The translations under genes and the position numbers were made by a program. Of a stretch of DNA of 64,000 nucleotides, positions 52,695 to 61,578 are shown in pieces. Location of the stretch: NCBI GenBank assembly GCA_964443495.1, contig CAYUCS010000002.1:23740-87739 (forward strand). Reading direction: 5' to 3'. Positions within the stretch are counted from its first letter, which is position 1, and each line of letters begins with the position of its first letter. The notes beneath the pieces are model-generated. The model saw only the letters and a program-made list of their open reading frames with translations. It did not search any database and was not told where the DNA came from. The DNA comes from an uncultured Gammaproteobacteria bacterium (GTDB taxonomy: Bacteria; Patescibacteriota; Patescibacteriia; Patescibacteriales; GWE2-39-37).

Positions 52695-53486
52695 TTACTG
52701 TATGAAAGGTTCGATTTTTTCCCAACTGTTCTTGGGTTTCCAGACGACGTTCCCGGCAGCGATATCGGCGGCCACACAAGGATCGTCTTGACGATATTGC
52801 ATGGTGGGTGAGTGGTCATAGGACAAGACCGGCAACGAGACATAATCATCTTCGTAACGGTCCAATTCCGACCGGTTCTTCAGACAAGCGATGGCAATCG
52901 GAATTGCCCTGGCCTCAAGGATGAGCTTGATGGTCTTGCCCGTGGTTGAGTAATTATTGACCACGTCTTCGGTAATGATGACGCGGTCGCCCGGTTCGAG
53001 AGCATGCCGGTCAAGGACCAGGATGCTCTGCTCGCGCTGAGTCTCGGTTTCCGCCTCGATCACTTTCTTCTCGGCGTAGATGGCGCGGGCATAACAGTCG
53101 GCGCGAGCGAGAGCCTGCGCGAAGGTGATGCCGCCCATAGGCATGCCGAGAAAAACCGGAAAGTTGTGATAATCGTCGACACCTGTCAGCAACAAACGAC
53201 GCAACTTCTCAGCGTAATGATCCAGAAGGAAAGGCCACTGCTCAAGTTTGGCGCAGTTGAAAAAGATTTCGCCGACCCAATGAGCCTGGGTGCCGTCGCC
53301 GACGTCGTATTTGCCAGCGTAACCGACCAATGGTCCGAGACGCTTGCCATCAGCATCTTTGGGCGTCTGGTAGAAACCTCCGCAAAACTTGAGCGTTTTA
53401 TCGAGGCTGTCCCCGACTTCAGGACGGACCCTTCTCTTGAGTGACTGGATGTCCTGCTTGCCATCTGCTGTTCCACGAGCTGCCAT
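52695..53486 (-). CDS. type I phosphoribosyltransferase (PyrE-like, unusually long)
   Basis: It has the PRPP-binding motif RVIITEDVVNNYSTTGKT and lies downstream of pyrF in the same operon. At 263 aa it is longer than the ~180-215 aa of canonical OPRTase. Confidence 0.65.
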   Translation of the reverse strand: MAARGTADGKQDIQSLKRRVRPEVGDSLDKTLKFCGGFYQTPKDADGKRLGPLVGYAGKYDVGDGTQAHWVGEIFFNCAKLEQWPFLLDHYAEKLRRLLLTGVDDYHNFPVFLGMPMGGITFAQALARADCYARAIYAEKKVIEAETETQREQSILVLDRHALEPGDRVIITEDVVNNYSTTGKTIKLILEARAIPIAIACLKNRSELDRYEDDYVSLPVLSYDHSPTMQYRQDDPCVAADIAAGNVVWKPKNSWEKIEPFIQ

Positions 53487-53539
53487 GTGCTCCTCCTTGC
53501 CGTTGTTGTGTCATCACGACCGCATGAGTCGTTTCATTT

Positions 53540-54292
53540 TCAGGCTGCCAGCCTCAGAACTTCCACGACCTCGTCAACTATCGCTTCTACGGCTGCTACG
53601 GGATCGGGCGCTTCAGTAATCGGACGTCCGATGACCAGGTAGTCGGCCCCGGCGGCGATGGCGGCGCCGGGCGTGGCGATGCGCTTCTGGTCGTTGGCAT
53701 TGGCATCAGCCGGACGGATGCCCGGGGTGACGATCAGGAAGTTCGGGCCGCAAACATCGCGGATCAGGCTGATTTCCTGAGGCGAGCAGACGATGCCGTC
53801 GATTCCCGATACTTTAGCCAGAGTGGCCAAGCCGGAAACCATATTGCAGATCGGGTGTTCGATACCGACGGCCTTGAGCGTTTCCTGGGTCGAAGACGTC
53901 AGGATGGTGACGGCCAGGATTTTGGGCCGCTTGCCAGGCATGTCACGGTATTCCGCGTCCAGCGCCGATACGGCTTGACTCATCATCTCCGGCCCGCCCA
54001 GCGCGTGCAGATTGAACATCTTGACGCCGAGCCTGGCCGCTTCGAGGCCAGCCATGGCCACCGTGTTCGGAATGTCGTGGTACTTGAGGTCAAGGAAGAC
54101 CTCGCCGCCCACATCCCTGATTACGCGGACCGAATCCGGACCGCTCGAGGTGAAAAGCTGCTTGCCGACCTTGAACATGCCGACATACGGTGCCAACGGC
54201 CTTGCCAGGCGCTGTGCCGTGAAGATATCCGGCACATCCATGGCTACGATAATCTTCTGCTTTGCCATCCTTCTCAATTCTGCTTCGTTCAT
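53540..54292 (-). CDS. pyrF: orotidine-5'-phosphate decarboxylase
   Basis: It has IIVAMDV, FLDLKYHDIPNT (DxKxxD), LIVTPGIR and DYLVIGRPI. Confidence 0.9.
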   Translation of the reverse strand: MNEAELRRMAKQKIIVAMDVPDIFTAQRLARPLAPYVGMFKVGKQLFTSSGPDSVRVIRDVGGEVFLDLKYHDIPNTVAMAGLEAARLGVKMFNLHALGGPEMMSQAVSALDAEYRDMPGKRPKILAVTILTSSTQETLKAVGIEHPICNMVSGLATLAKVSGIDGIVCSPQEISLIRDVCGPNFLIVTPGIRPADANANDQKRIATPGAAIAAGADYLVIGRPITEAPDPVAAVEAIVDEVVEVLRLAA

Positions 54293-54306
54293 GTCGCCTC
54301 CTCTTT

Positions 54307-55116
54307 TCAGCTTTGTTGGATTGATACTGCCTCTCTTGCTGCGAGCGCTTCGATGATTTCGCTGATGATCTGGTCGGCGGCCCGCGTAGGGTCGCCGATG
54401 GCTGACGGCGGACTGCTGATGGGCTTGCCGATGATGACGAAGTCGGCGCCGGCCGCGATGGCCTCGCCGGGTGTGATGAACTTGCTGCGATTCTTGACCT
54501 CGACCCAGGCGGGACGCACGTCGCGAGTGGCGATCAATGCCCCGGGCAGATGGGCGCGGACACCGGCGGTTTCGTGCGAGGAGCAGATAACGCCATCGAT
54601 ACCGAGATCCTTGAGTCTGGCGACTTGGCGGTTCAACACGGTGTTATCTATCTTCCGCCGCTCTTCGTGGTCGATCGAAGAACGAGGCGTTGCCGCGAAT
54701 AGCAAGCTTCGCCCCTTGTTCTCGATTGCCGCATTGATAGACTTCAGCCCTTGGGCGGCTTGAACGCTGAGCATGCTTACCCCTATGTCGGACAGCATCT
54801 TGACGGTCGGGCCGATGGAATTGGCGATGCCGACTAGCCGGCTGTCCCACAAGATGCGCCCCTCCGCCGCGTTGAAGATCGATCTGATTTTCATCAAATT
54901 CTCAAAAGCGACATTCTCGGACGGACAAAGCAAGCTGGCCAGTATGGCGCTGTTCATTTCCGGTCCGAACTTGATGTACCCGACACGGCCCGAAAGCATC
55001 GATGCCAGGCATTTGGCTCGGAAAAGGTCAGGAGTGTTCATGGCAAAAATGATGTGATCCTTGGGTTCTAAAAACAGCTCCGCTTTGGTTTTCCTCGGGT
55101 CCCCTTCCTTCTTCAT
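54307..55116 (-). CDS. OMP-decarboxylase-fold paralogue with substituted catalytic residues
   Basis: It aligns to the adjacent PyrF (IIFAMNT vs IIVAMDV, GIDGVICS in both, ADFVIIGKPI vs ADYLVIGRPI). The DxKxxD motif reads LWDSRLVGIANS, and AMD reads AMN. Confidence 0.6.
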   Translation of the reverse strand: MKKEGDPRKTKAELFLEPKDHIIFAMNTPDLFRAKCLASMLSGRVGYIKFGPEMNSAILASLLCPSENVAFENLMKIRSIFNAAEGRILWDSRLVGIANSIGPTVKMLSDIGVSMLSVQAAQGLKSINAAIENKGRSLLFAATPRSSIDHEERRKIDNTVLNRQVARLKDLGIDGVICSSHETAGVRAHLPGALIATRDVRPAWVEVKNRSKFITPGEAIAAGADFVIIGKPISSPPSAIGDPTRAADQIISEIIEALAAREAVSIQQS

Positions 55117-55299
55117 TCCAGCCTCCTTTTCGATGTAGTGGATTTTCAGCTTTTAGCTGCGTTTGCGATAAAAAGGACGATAAAAAGCCGAGGGCTTTTC
55201 GTGCAGTCAGGAATTTATGTTCCTCGACCAAAAAAACAAAAATCCGAGGATAATACCTGGATTTTTGCTTATTTTAACGGCTTTTTAGCGTTTTGTCAA

Positions 55300-56268
55300 C
55301 TATTTGACCGGAACGGTCTCGGAAACCGGCTTGGTAGCGGCTGGCACAGGAATCTTGCCGTCCGGAAAGGCCGACAAACGCTGTGTCAGGCACTGGTTGC
55401 CTGCCTCATGGGGCCAGCGAGTGGTATAGTACTGGTTGACATTATCGTCCTTGTTGCTGCGCCTGAAGGTCGCACAGAGCTCATACAGCTTGTCCTTGCC
55501 GGGCTTGTAAACTATCTTCTCGCCGGTCACAGGATCGGTCAGCTGCTTGTCGTCAGTAATGCGTTTTTCCTTGACCAGAGTGTCGAGGTCAGCTGGCAGC
55601 TTGGCGTTCTCCATATAATAGGAGTTGATGGCGCTGTCGATGACATCGAAACGGCTTAGCAGCAGCTCATCAGTGCGGCGATCGCGCGCCTCGCGCGGCG
55701 AACCGGCATAAATAAGGGCTAAAACCAAGGCGATGGCCACGACAGCGATGCTTGAATAGCCATACCACATGATTGTCTTGTCATCAGCCTCAACCTTCTC
55801 CCGACGGATATCGTACCAATAATACCCGCCGATCATGCCCGCGATCAGCAATGAAGCTAAGGCCTTGAGTCCGAACTTGGCCGTCAGGTCGCCGTTCATA
55901 TAGCTTGCAATGGTGCCGATCAGCCAGCCGATCATGACCACGGAAACGATGAACAAAATCAGATATGTCAGCCAGCGCCTGATGGCAGCCTGGAGTTCAA
56001 GCTTGCCCGACACTAGGCTTCGGTTGATATATCGCGCCGTCAGGAAATAAATCGGACTGGCAATGACCAAGGATGCGACCGCGAATTTAAGCGCCTCTTG
56101 CTGGAAAGCTTCGGTGTGGATCGGGTCGGTAATGAATTTATTGATTATCTGAAAGATGACCGTGCCGACAGCCGTACTGACAAAGACTAGCGAGACTAAC
56201 GATAACAGGTACAGGAAGGCGAATTTTGCCGCGTTATTGGCTTCTCGAGCCATGGTTGGCTGTTCCAT
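55300..56268 (-). CDS. integral membrane protein (four to five N-terminal TM helices plus soluble C-terminal domain)
   Basis: The hydrophobic N-terminal half has repeated helices. The architecture is reminiscent of DUF5671-type proteins, but I cannot verify that. A terminator hairpin lies at ~55235-55265. Confidence 0.6.
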   Translation of the reverse strand: MEQPTMAREANNAAKFAFLYLLSLVSLVFVSTAVGTVIFQIINKFITDPIHTEAFQQEALKFAVASLVIASPIYFLTARYINRSLVSGKLELQAAIRRWLTYLILFIVSVVMIGWLIGTIASYMNGDLTAKFGLKALASLLIAGMIGGYYWYDIRREKVEADDKTIMWYGYSSIAVVAIALVLALIYAGSPREARDRRTDELLLSRFDVIDSAINSYYMENAKLPADLDTLVKEKRITDDKQLTDPVTGEKIVYKPGKDKLYELCATFRRSNKDDNVNQYYTTRWPHEAGNQCLTQRLSAFPDGKIPVPAATKPVSETVPVK

Positions 56269-56474
56269 AAGTTTATTGCCGTTCAGGCCTGTAAGGCTGA
56301 ATTTGGCTTATTTATTAACCTATATTAATAATGTACCACTTTGGCTAACTTTTGCAACATTTTATTAAGATTATATGAAAATCACCAGCCTGGCAGGCTT
56401 AAGTCTTGACAAATTTAATAAACTATGGTATATTTGTTTGTTTCAATGAACTTTACATGAAAGGAGAAAAGGAT

Positions 56475-56792
56475 ATGAAAATCCTGCTCACCGCCATTCT
56501 CGTCGCAATACTCACGACCCTCCCCACCGCCACCGCAACATCATCCATTCTCCCCAACCCCGAACCCCAGCTTCTCGAAAGGCTTGATTTTCAAAAAGAA
56601 CTCGAGGTGGAGTTATCCATCTTAAAGAAAATCAAGCTCACGAAGGAGCAAAAGGAAAAGCTTATCAAGCTCGATCTCGAGCTTGAACAAAAAAGACCGC
56701 CAGCGCAAGCTAGCGGTCCCTTTTTTGTTTTTGGGGCTATTCCCCTTTGTCGTAGATCTTATCTGCCAATTTCGGCGGGATGTTCAATTTGA
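56475..56792 (+). CDS. possible small secreted protein (uncertain)
   Basis: AAAGGAGAAAAGG precedes the ATG at 56475, and a signal-like MKILLTAILVAILTTLPTATA follows. However, the ORF reads through the terminator at 56689-56730 and into the aspS 3' end, so its real extent is doubtful. Confidence 0.3.
   Translation: MKILLTAILVAILTTLPTATATSSILPNPEPQLLERLDFQKELEVELSILKKIKLTKEQKEKLIKLDLELEQKRPPAQASGPFFVFGAIPLCRRSYLPISAGCSI
56689..56730. terminator. bidirectional intrinsic terminator after aspS
   Basis: The sequence is A-run, GACCGC-CAGCGCAAGCTA-GCGGTC, then a T-run. Confidence 0.6.
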
Positions 56793-58551
56793 TATGCAGG
56801 TCCTTCAATTGCCTTTCGGTCACGTCGGACGGCGAGTCCATCATGGCGTCGCGCGCTTGGCCGTCCTTCGGGAAGGCGTAGATGTCGCGGATGGAGTCGA
56901 GATCGAACAGCACCATCATCAGGCGGTCGATGCCCGGAGCGATGCCGCCATGAGGCGGAGCACCGTATTCGAAGGCGCGGATCATGCCGCCGAAGCGCTT
57001 GTCCACGTCGTCCTTGGTATAACCGGCCAGCTCGAACGCTTTGTACATGATGTCCGGACGATGGTTGCGGATGGCGCCGGACGAGATTTCGTAGCCGTTG
57101 CAAACCAAGTCGTACTGGTAGGCCAGGATCTCGAGCGGGTTCTGCTCGAGCAAGGCCTGCATGCCGCCCTGCGGCATTGAGAACGGGTTGTGGCCGAAGT
57201 CGACGCGGCCGTCTTCGATATCGGAATAATCATACATCGGGAAATCTTTGACCCAGCACCAGGCGGCCTTGGTGTTGTCCTTCAAGCCCAGGCGGCCGCC
57301 GCAATCGCTGCGGACCGCGCCGAGCGCGGCGCAGACGGTCTTCCAGGTATCGGCGCCGAAGAAGACGATATCGCCCTGCTTGGCGCCAACTTCTTCCATC
57401 AGCTGCTTGACGAGCTCGTCGCCCAGGAACTTGATGATCGGCGAGGTCAGGCCTTCATCTTCTTTCCAAGTGATATAGGCCAAGCCCTTGGCGCCCTTGC
57501 TTCTGGCAACCTCGGTCAGCTCATCGATTTCTTTGCGCGAGAACTTGGCGCCGCCGTCGATCTTCAAGGCATGGACTACGCCACCGGTGGCGACGGCATC
57601 GGCAAAGACCGAGAAGCCGCAGCCGGCAACGGTGCGGCTGACTGGCTTGATCTCGAAATCGAAGCGCAAGTCAGGCTTGTCGATGCCGTATTTGGTCATG
57701 ACTTCGTGCCAGGTGTAGCGCGGAAACGGCTTCTGGATTACTTCCTTGTTGCCGAACTTCTCGGTCAGCTCGATCATCAGCGGTTCGACAGTGTTCCAGA
57801 TGTCTTCCTGCTCGACGAAACTCATCTCCAAATCGATCTGGTAGAAGTCGCCCGGATGGCGGTCGTTGCGCGGATCCTCGTCGCGGAAGCACGGCGCGAT
57901 CTGAAAATAGCGGTCGAAGCCGCCGACCATCAAGAGCTGCTTGAACTGCTGCGGCGCCTGCGGCAAAGCGTAAAATTTGCCCGGGTACAAGCGCGACGGC
58001 ACCAGGTAGTCGCGAGCGCCCTCAGGCGAGGAGTTGGCCAAGATCGGCGTCTGCACCTCGACGAAGTTGAGCTGCTTGAAATAATCACGCACATGGCGGA
58101 TGACTTCGTTCCTTTTCATCAGGATCTCCTGCAAGCGCGGTCGGCGCAAATCAAGGAAACGATACTTCAGGCGCATCGATTCCTTGACGTCCTTCGCTTT
58201 CTCATCGTCGAGCTCGAACGGCAGCGGCTTGGACTCGGACAAGACTTCGAGCGAGCTGACCTCGATCTCGATCGTGCCGGTCGCGAGCCTCTCATTGACC
58301 ATCTCGTCCGGACGGGCAGCAACCTTGCCTTTGACATGGATAACCCATTCGCTGCGCAGGCGGTCAGCCGCCTTGTAGGCTTCGGCGCCGAACTTCTCAT
58401 CGAAAGTCAGCTGCGTGAGACCGTAACGGTCGCGCAGATCGATGAAGATGATGCCGCCGTGGTCACGGCGCTTGGCGACCCAGCCGGAGAGCTCGACCTC
58501 TTGCCCGGCCTGCGCCTTCGTCAGTTCACCGCAAGTGTGTGTTCTTAACAT
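56737..58551 (-). CDS. aspS: aspartate--tRNA ligase (bacterial type with insertion domain)
   Basis: It has an N-terminal OB fold (GWVAKRRDHGGIIFIDLRD) and the motifs FRDEDPRNDRHP and GIAPGIDRLMMVL. The protein is 604 aa. Confidence 0.95.
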   Translation of the reverse strand: MLRTHTCGELTKAQAGQEVELSGWVAKRRDHGGIIFIDLRDRYGLTQLTFDEKFGAEAYKAADRLRSEWVIHVKGKVAARPDEMVNERLATGTIEIEVSSLEVLSESKPLPFELDDEKAKDVKESMRLKYRFLDLRRPRLQEILMKRNEVIRHVRDYFKQLNFVEVQTPILANSSPEGARDYLVPSRLYPGKFYALPQAPQQFKQLLMVGGFDRYFQIAPCFRDEDPRNDRHPGDFYQIDLEMSFVEQEDIWNTVEPLMIELTEKFGNKEVIQKPFPRYTWHEVMTKYGIDKPDLRFDFEIKPVSRTVAGCGFSVFADAVATGGVVHALKIDGGAKFSRKEIDELTEVARSKGAKGLAYITWKEDEGLTSPIIKFLGDELVKQLMEEVGAKQGDIVFFGADTWKTVCAALGAVRSDCGGRLGLKDNTKAAWCWVKDFPMYDYSDIEDGRVDFGHNPFSMPQGGMQALLEQNPLEILAYQYDLVCNGYEISSGAIRNHRPDIMYKAFELAGYTKDDVDKRFGGMIRAFEYGAPPHGGIAPGIDRLMMVLFDLDSIRDIYAFPKDGQARDAMMDSPSDVTERQLKDLHIKLNIPPKLADKIYDKGE

Positions 58552-58842
58552 AGTTTTAGATTATTAATATTTCCAAATAAAAAACCTCGTCTCTAAATAC
58601 GGCTGATGCCATATCTAAGGACGAGGATTCTCGTGGTGCCACCTTAGTTCCCCGACACTGGTCGGGACTCTCATTGAGCTCGTGACGTGAGCGGACGGCG
58701 GGTTCTATTCATCTCGGACCAAGGCCAAAATGCAGCTTGGTCGGGACTTTCTTCCCGCGCCTTCCCCGGTGTTGGCCGGAGTTTTATCCCTCCGTAGCCT
58801 TTGGCGTAGGGGGACTGACGGCTTTGGATTGATTTTAAGGAT
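58552..58842 (-). promoter_or_regulatory. T-box riboswitch leader of aspS
   Basis: On the minus strand the T-box sequence AACUAAGGUGGCACCACGAG lies at 58631-58650. It is followed by the terminator CCUCGUC...GACGAGG plus U6 (58579-58627). A GGAAGG bulge and hairpin further 5' are consistent with the distal part of Stem I. Confidence 0.75.
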
Positions 58843-58848
58843 AAGAAA

Positions 58849-58877
58849 AATATACTACATTTGCTAAAATTAGTCAA
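58849..58877 (-). promoter_or_regulatory. sigma70-like promoter of the aspS T-box leader
   Basis: On the minus strand it reads TTGACT (58877..58872), a 17-nt spacer, then TATATT (58854..58849). Confidence 0.6.
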
Positions 58878-58880
58878 CAG

Positions 58881-58909
58881 TTGACGTTTTGGCCGAAATG
58901 CGCTATATT
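58881..58909 (+). promoter_or_regulatory. divergent sigma70-like promoter of the second T-box leader
   Basis: It reads TTGACG (58881..58886), a 17-nt spacer, then TATATT (58904..58909). It lies 3 nt from the -35 of the opposing promoter. Confidence 0.6.
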
Positions 58910-58915
58910 TAGCCT

Positions 58916-59223
58916 ATCATTTACAACCGCAAAGTCCACAAATCGGATCCCTTGGCTAGCCAAGGGGTTGGGTCCGATTTCTCCGCCCTACCTACCGGCA
59001 GGCAGGCCCAGGCGGAAGGACGATTCCTGCGTTAGTGGGAATCCGGCAGCCCCCGTAACCATGGGCTAATCGATGTCGCTGCGGCGGAGTCGATGAGCAG
59101 GAATCAATTGCTGGCACATTCCGTGGCAGTTTTTTATTTCCTGGAAGAAAGGTGGCACCGCGAAGAAGACTCTTCGTCCTTTCGTACGATTTTTTGTCGT
59201 ACGAAGGGATGGGGAGTTTTTTT
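58916..59223 (+). promoter_or_regulatory. second T-box riboswitch leader (controls an unknown gene)
   Basis: The Stem I distal hairpin is GAUUCC-UGCGUUAGUG-GGAAUC, preceded by GGAAGGAC. The T-box sequence GAAAGGUGGCACCGCGAAG lies at 59147-59165. The terminator pairs 59169-59188 with 59197-59216 (20 pairs, four of them G-U) and is followed by U7. Confidence 0.7.
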
Positions 59224-59250
59224 ATCGCTCATTACACAAAGGAGAGACTT

Positions 59251-60054
59251 ATGCCATTCAATCGCAAAGACTATCGCGCATTTCCCGAAACAGGAATCCA
59301 TTTTTCACGAGGTGACCAACGCAAGCTCAAAAGGATCGCAAGCCAAGTAACCCTGGTTTCGACAGTATGTCCTGACTACCCGCACGACGGCAGCAAATAC
59401 ACTTTCAAGGGCGAACTCGGCACCGGCATCAGCTTGACCGCCGACTCGCACATCAGGCATGTGCCTGACCTGATCAAAGGACTGGACGTTCTGGGAATCA
59501 AGGCACGCTGGCTCGTGCTCGTGGCAGACCTGCCGGAATTGACCGAGAAGCAAGCCGAATTCTACCGGCGCGTAGCCGCTTCCAAAGAAGACTACATCGA
59601 TCGCTGCGAAGCTTCGGCCGCTGCTATTGCCGACAAGCTCGGCGGCATGGCCGAAGCCAGGACGTTTTCCAGCTGGTACGCCGAGCATAGCTTTTCCTAT
59701 CTCGACATCCAGGAAACGGTAGCCGGACGCATCATTGACGAAGCGCAACGCGACCGCGCATTCGGCGGAAAATTCGCCGCCTTCTGCGCCATGCGCCAAA
59801 ATCTGGCTACCAAGTTCCGCGGCCGCCCGTTGTCAGCTGCTGAACTGGCCGAAGCCGCCGCTCATGGCATGAGTCTCTACGTAACCCACGGCAGCCTATT
59901 GCGCAAAATCTTCGCCGACCAGAACTTAGTGGTCATCAACCACTTCACGCCCAACCTGCAGAATTTCTTTCTCTCGAAATTCGTGCCCGGATGCGAGCAT
60001 CTGGAAAACACGGCTAAATTCCCCCTAGGCGTAATCGACGATTCGTGGTATTGA
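59251..60054 (+). CDS. hypothetical protein under T-box control (267 aa)
   Basis: The ATG at 59251 is preceded by AAAGGAGAG. The track ORF starts inside the leader at 59152. No motif was recognised (it contains VSTVCPDYPHDG). Confidence 0.6.
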   Translation: MPFNRKDYRAFPETGIHFSRGDQRKLKRIASQVTLVSTVCPDYPHDGSKYTFKGELGTGISLTADSHIRHVPDLIKGLDVLGIKARWLVLVADLPELTEKQAEFYRRVAASKEDYIDRCEASAAAIADKLGGMAEARTFSSWYAEHSFSYLDIQETVAGRIIDEAQRDRAFGGKFAAFCAMRQNLATKFRGRPLSAAELAEAAAHGMSLYVTHGSLLRKIFADQNLVVINHFTPNLQNFFLSKFVPGCEHLENTAKFPLGVIDDSWY

Positions 60055-60102
60055 TTTTAAGGAGGCGCTGCCAACAGCGGCAGCGCCTCCTCCCTTCAAA
60101 TT

Positions 60103-60708
60103 ATGGCTATACTTATGAAAACCGGGCCTTATGACCCGCAAATATCTGGACAAACCAAATACGCTAGCGTAGCTGCTTTGACGCGCCAGGAATACGATCC
60201 GCCGCTTGATGAAACGCGTATGCCTGATTGCCTCAACGAAACCGACACCGCCGCGCTTCGCCGCGTTGCCGCAATCTGCTGCTCCGACCTTTTACGCACC
60301 AAACAGACCGCCGATTTCATTGTGCAAGCCGGGCTAACGGGCCATGGCGCCGCAATCGATTATTTGCCGGAGCTGCGCGAGATACGTTTCGACGTCGCCG
60401 CCGTCTGCACCGAACAGGATTATGATAACCGAGGCAGCGACGCCGTGCGGCAGGGTTTCATCGACGGCTTCATCAACGACTCACTGCTTGAATCAAGAAA
60501 TGAAATAAAGCAGCGCTGCGACGGACTGCTCGAGCTGATGCGGAACGAAACGAAAGAAACGCTTTACATTTCACACACTTTCTTTATTAAAATATTCCTG
60601 GCCTACCTGGAAGAACCGACGATCTTCGAACAGCCATCGCTCATCACCCGCTTCATCGATCCGCGCCAACGGATCATGAAATTCTGCGAAATCACTTCCT
60701 TGCCATAA
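60103..60708 (+). CDS. histidine-phosphatase-superfamily-like protein with RHG->RQE substitution
   Basis: CSDLLRTKQTADFIV matches the SxLxRAxQTA motif and ISHTFFIKIF matches the second-His region. At the position of the nucleophile motif RHG the sequence reads LTRQEY. Confidence 0.5.
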   Translation: MAILMKTGPYDPQISGQTKYASVAALTRQEYDPPLDETRMPDCLNETDTAALRRVAAICCSDLLRTKQTADFIVQAGLTGHGAAIDYLPELREIRFDVAAVCTEQDYDNRGSDAVRQGFIDGFINDSLLESRNEIKQRCDGLLELMRNETKETLYISHTFFIKIFLAYLEEPTIFEQPSLITRFIDPRQRIMKFCEITSLP

Positions 60709-60806
60709 AAAGCTAAGGGCTTTTTGTATGGTCGGGAAATCAAATTCCTTGACCATAAACAAAGGCCGCATGTCACCATGCGGCCTGATTTACTGCCTTC
60801 CGAGCA

Positions 60807-60959
60807 CTATGCTTTTTTGGCGGACTTCACCCCCTTCATTTGCCGCCAGTGCCTCACCGGATTGAAATAGTTCTTGAAGCACTCGACAAACGTCTCCCTT
60901 GTGAAGCTGCGCCTCATGCCTTCAATAAGCCCATCCAGAACTTCTTTGAGCATATTCAT
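60807..60959 (-). CDS. small hypothetical protein (50 aa), translationally coupled
   Basis: The ATG at 60959 overlaps the upstream TGA (ATGA) and follows GGGGG. The track ORF extends further 5' into the upstream gene. Confidence 0.35.
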   Translation of the reverse strand: MNMLKEVLDGLIEGMRRSFTRETFVECFKNYFNPVRHWRQMKGVKSAKKA

Positions 60960-61534
60960 GATACCCCCTGAGCCAGGCACAGCGGATGCCATTTCGAGGG
61001 ATGATCGACCGGCGTCCAGCCCGTAGCCCGGCATTGTTCGATTACAGCAGTCGGATGAATCTGGGCGCCGAAGCCATGATTAAGCTTCGCCATGTACTTA
61101 TCCAACTCGCCTTCCCAGACGTGACGCGGTACGACGATACCTCTTTCAGGGTCGGACTGCTTGATCCGGACGATGACCGAACCGGGCGAAAGCCGGCCAG
61201 TGATGCGGCGATTGGCCCTTTCCCAGTCGGCGGCAAAGCCCCAGTACTTGGCCATGGGGCCTTTGTCGGTCCACATGATCAGATACACGAGTTCCTCATT
61301 GCGTTCAGGCGGACGGAAATCAAGCCTGTACGGCAACCTTTTGGCGAGATCCAGTTCCAGCTTGCCGAGATGGCGCTCGATCGGGCCGGCAAAATGCTTC
61401 TGGCGGAAGAAAACCTCCCGCTTGTTCTTTTTCCCTGGACTATCCTCGATGATGTAGCCGAAACCCTCCTCGGAAAAGAATTTGACCTGGCCTCTGTTCA
61501 ATTGGGACAGCGGCGATGAAACTCTGCGAGTCAT
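60956..61534 (-). CDS. cold-shock-domain-like protein with C-terminal extension
   Basis: The N-terminal GQVKFFSEEGFGYII matches the CSD RNP1-like pattern GxVKWFNxxKGFGFI. The remaining ~130 aa are unknown. Confidence 0.55.
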   Translation of the reverse strand: MTRRVSSPLSQLNRGQVKFFSEEGFGYIIEDSPGKKNKREVFFRQKHFAGPIERHLGKLELDLAKRLPYRLDFRPPERNEELVYLIMWTDKGPMAKYWGFAADWERANRRITGRLSPGSVIVRIKQSDPERGIVVPRHVWEGELDKYMAKLNHGFGAQIHPTAVIEQCRATGWTPVDHPSKWHPLCLAQGVS

Positions 61535-61578
61535 AGGTCATACCTCCCTCTTCATGGAATTTCTAGAGCGCTTGGGCC

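Noticed and set aside
56406-56474. Upstream extension of the small plus-strand ORF (track start 56406), and more generally whether the ORF is real.
   Set aside because: The extension lacks an SD, and the ATG at 56475 has one. Even so, the ORF reads through a strong bidirectional terminator into aspS. It is therefore listed only at low confidence.
59020-59075. Resemblance of GUGGGAAUCCGGCAGCCCCCGUAACCAUGG to the cobalamin riboswitch core (GGUGAAAAUCC...CCCGCCACUG).
   Set aside because: The same segment fits the distal loop and bulge of T-box Stem I (GGAAGGAC + GAUUCC-UGCGUUAGUG-GGAAUC). A canonical T-box sequence and terminator follow, and no convincing B12 box is present downstream. The T-box explanation is sufficient.
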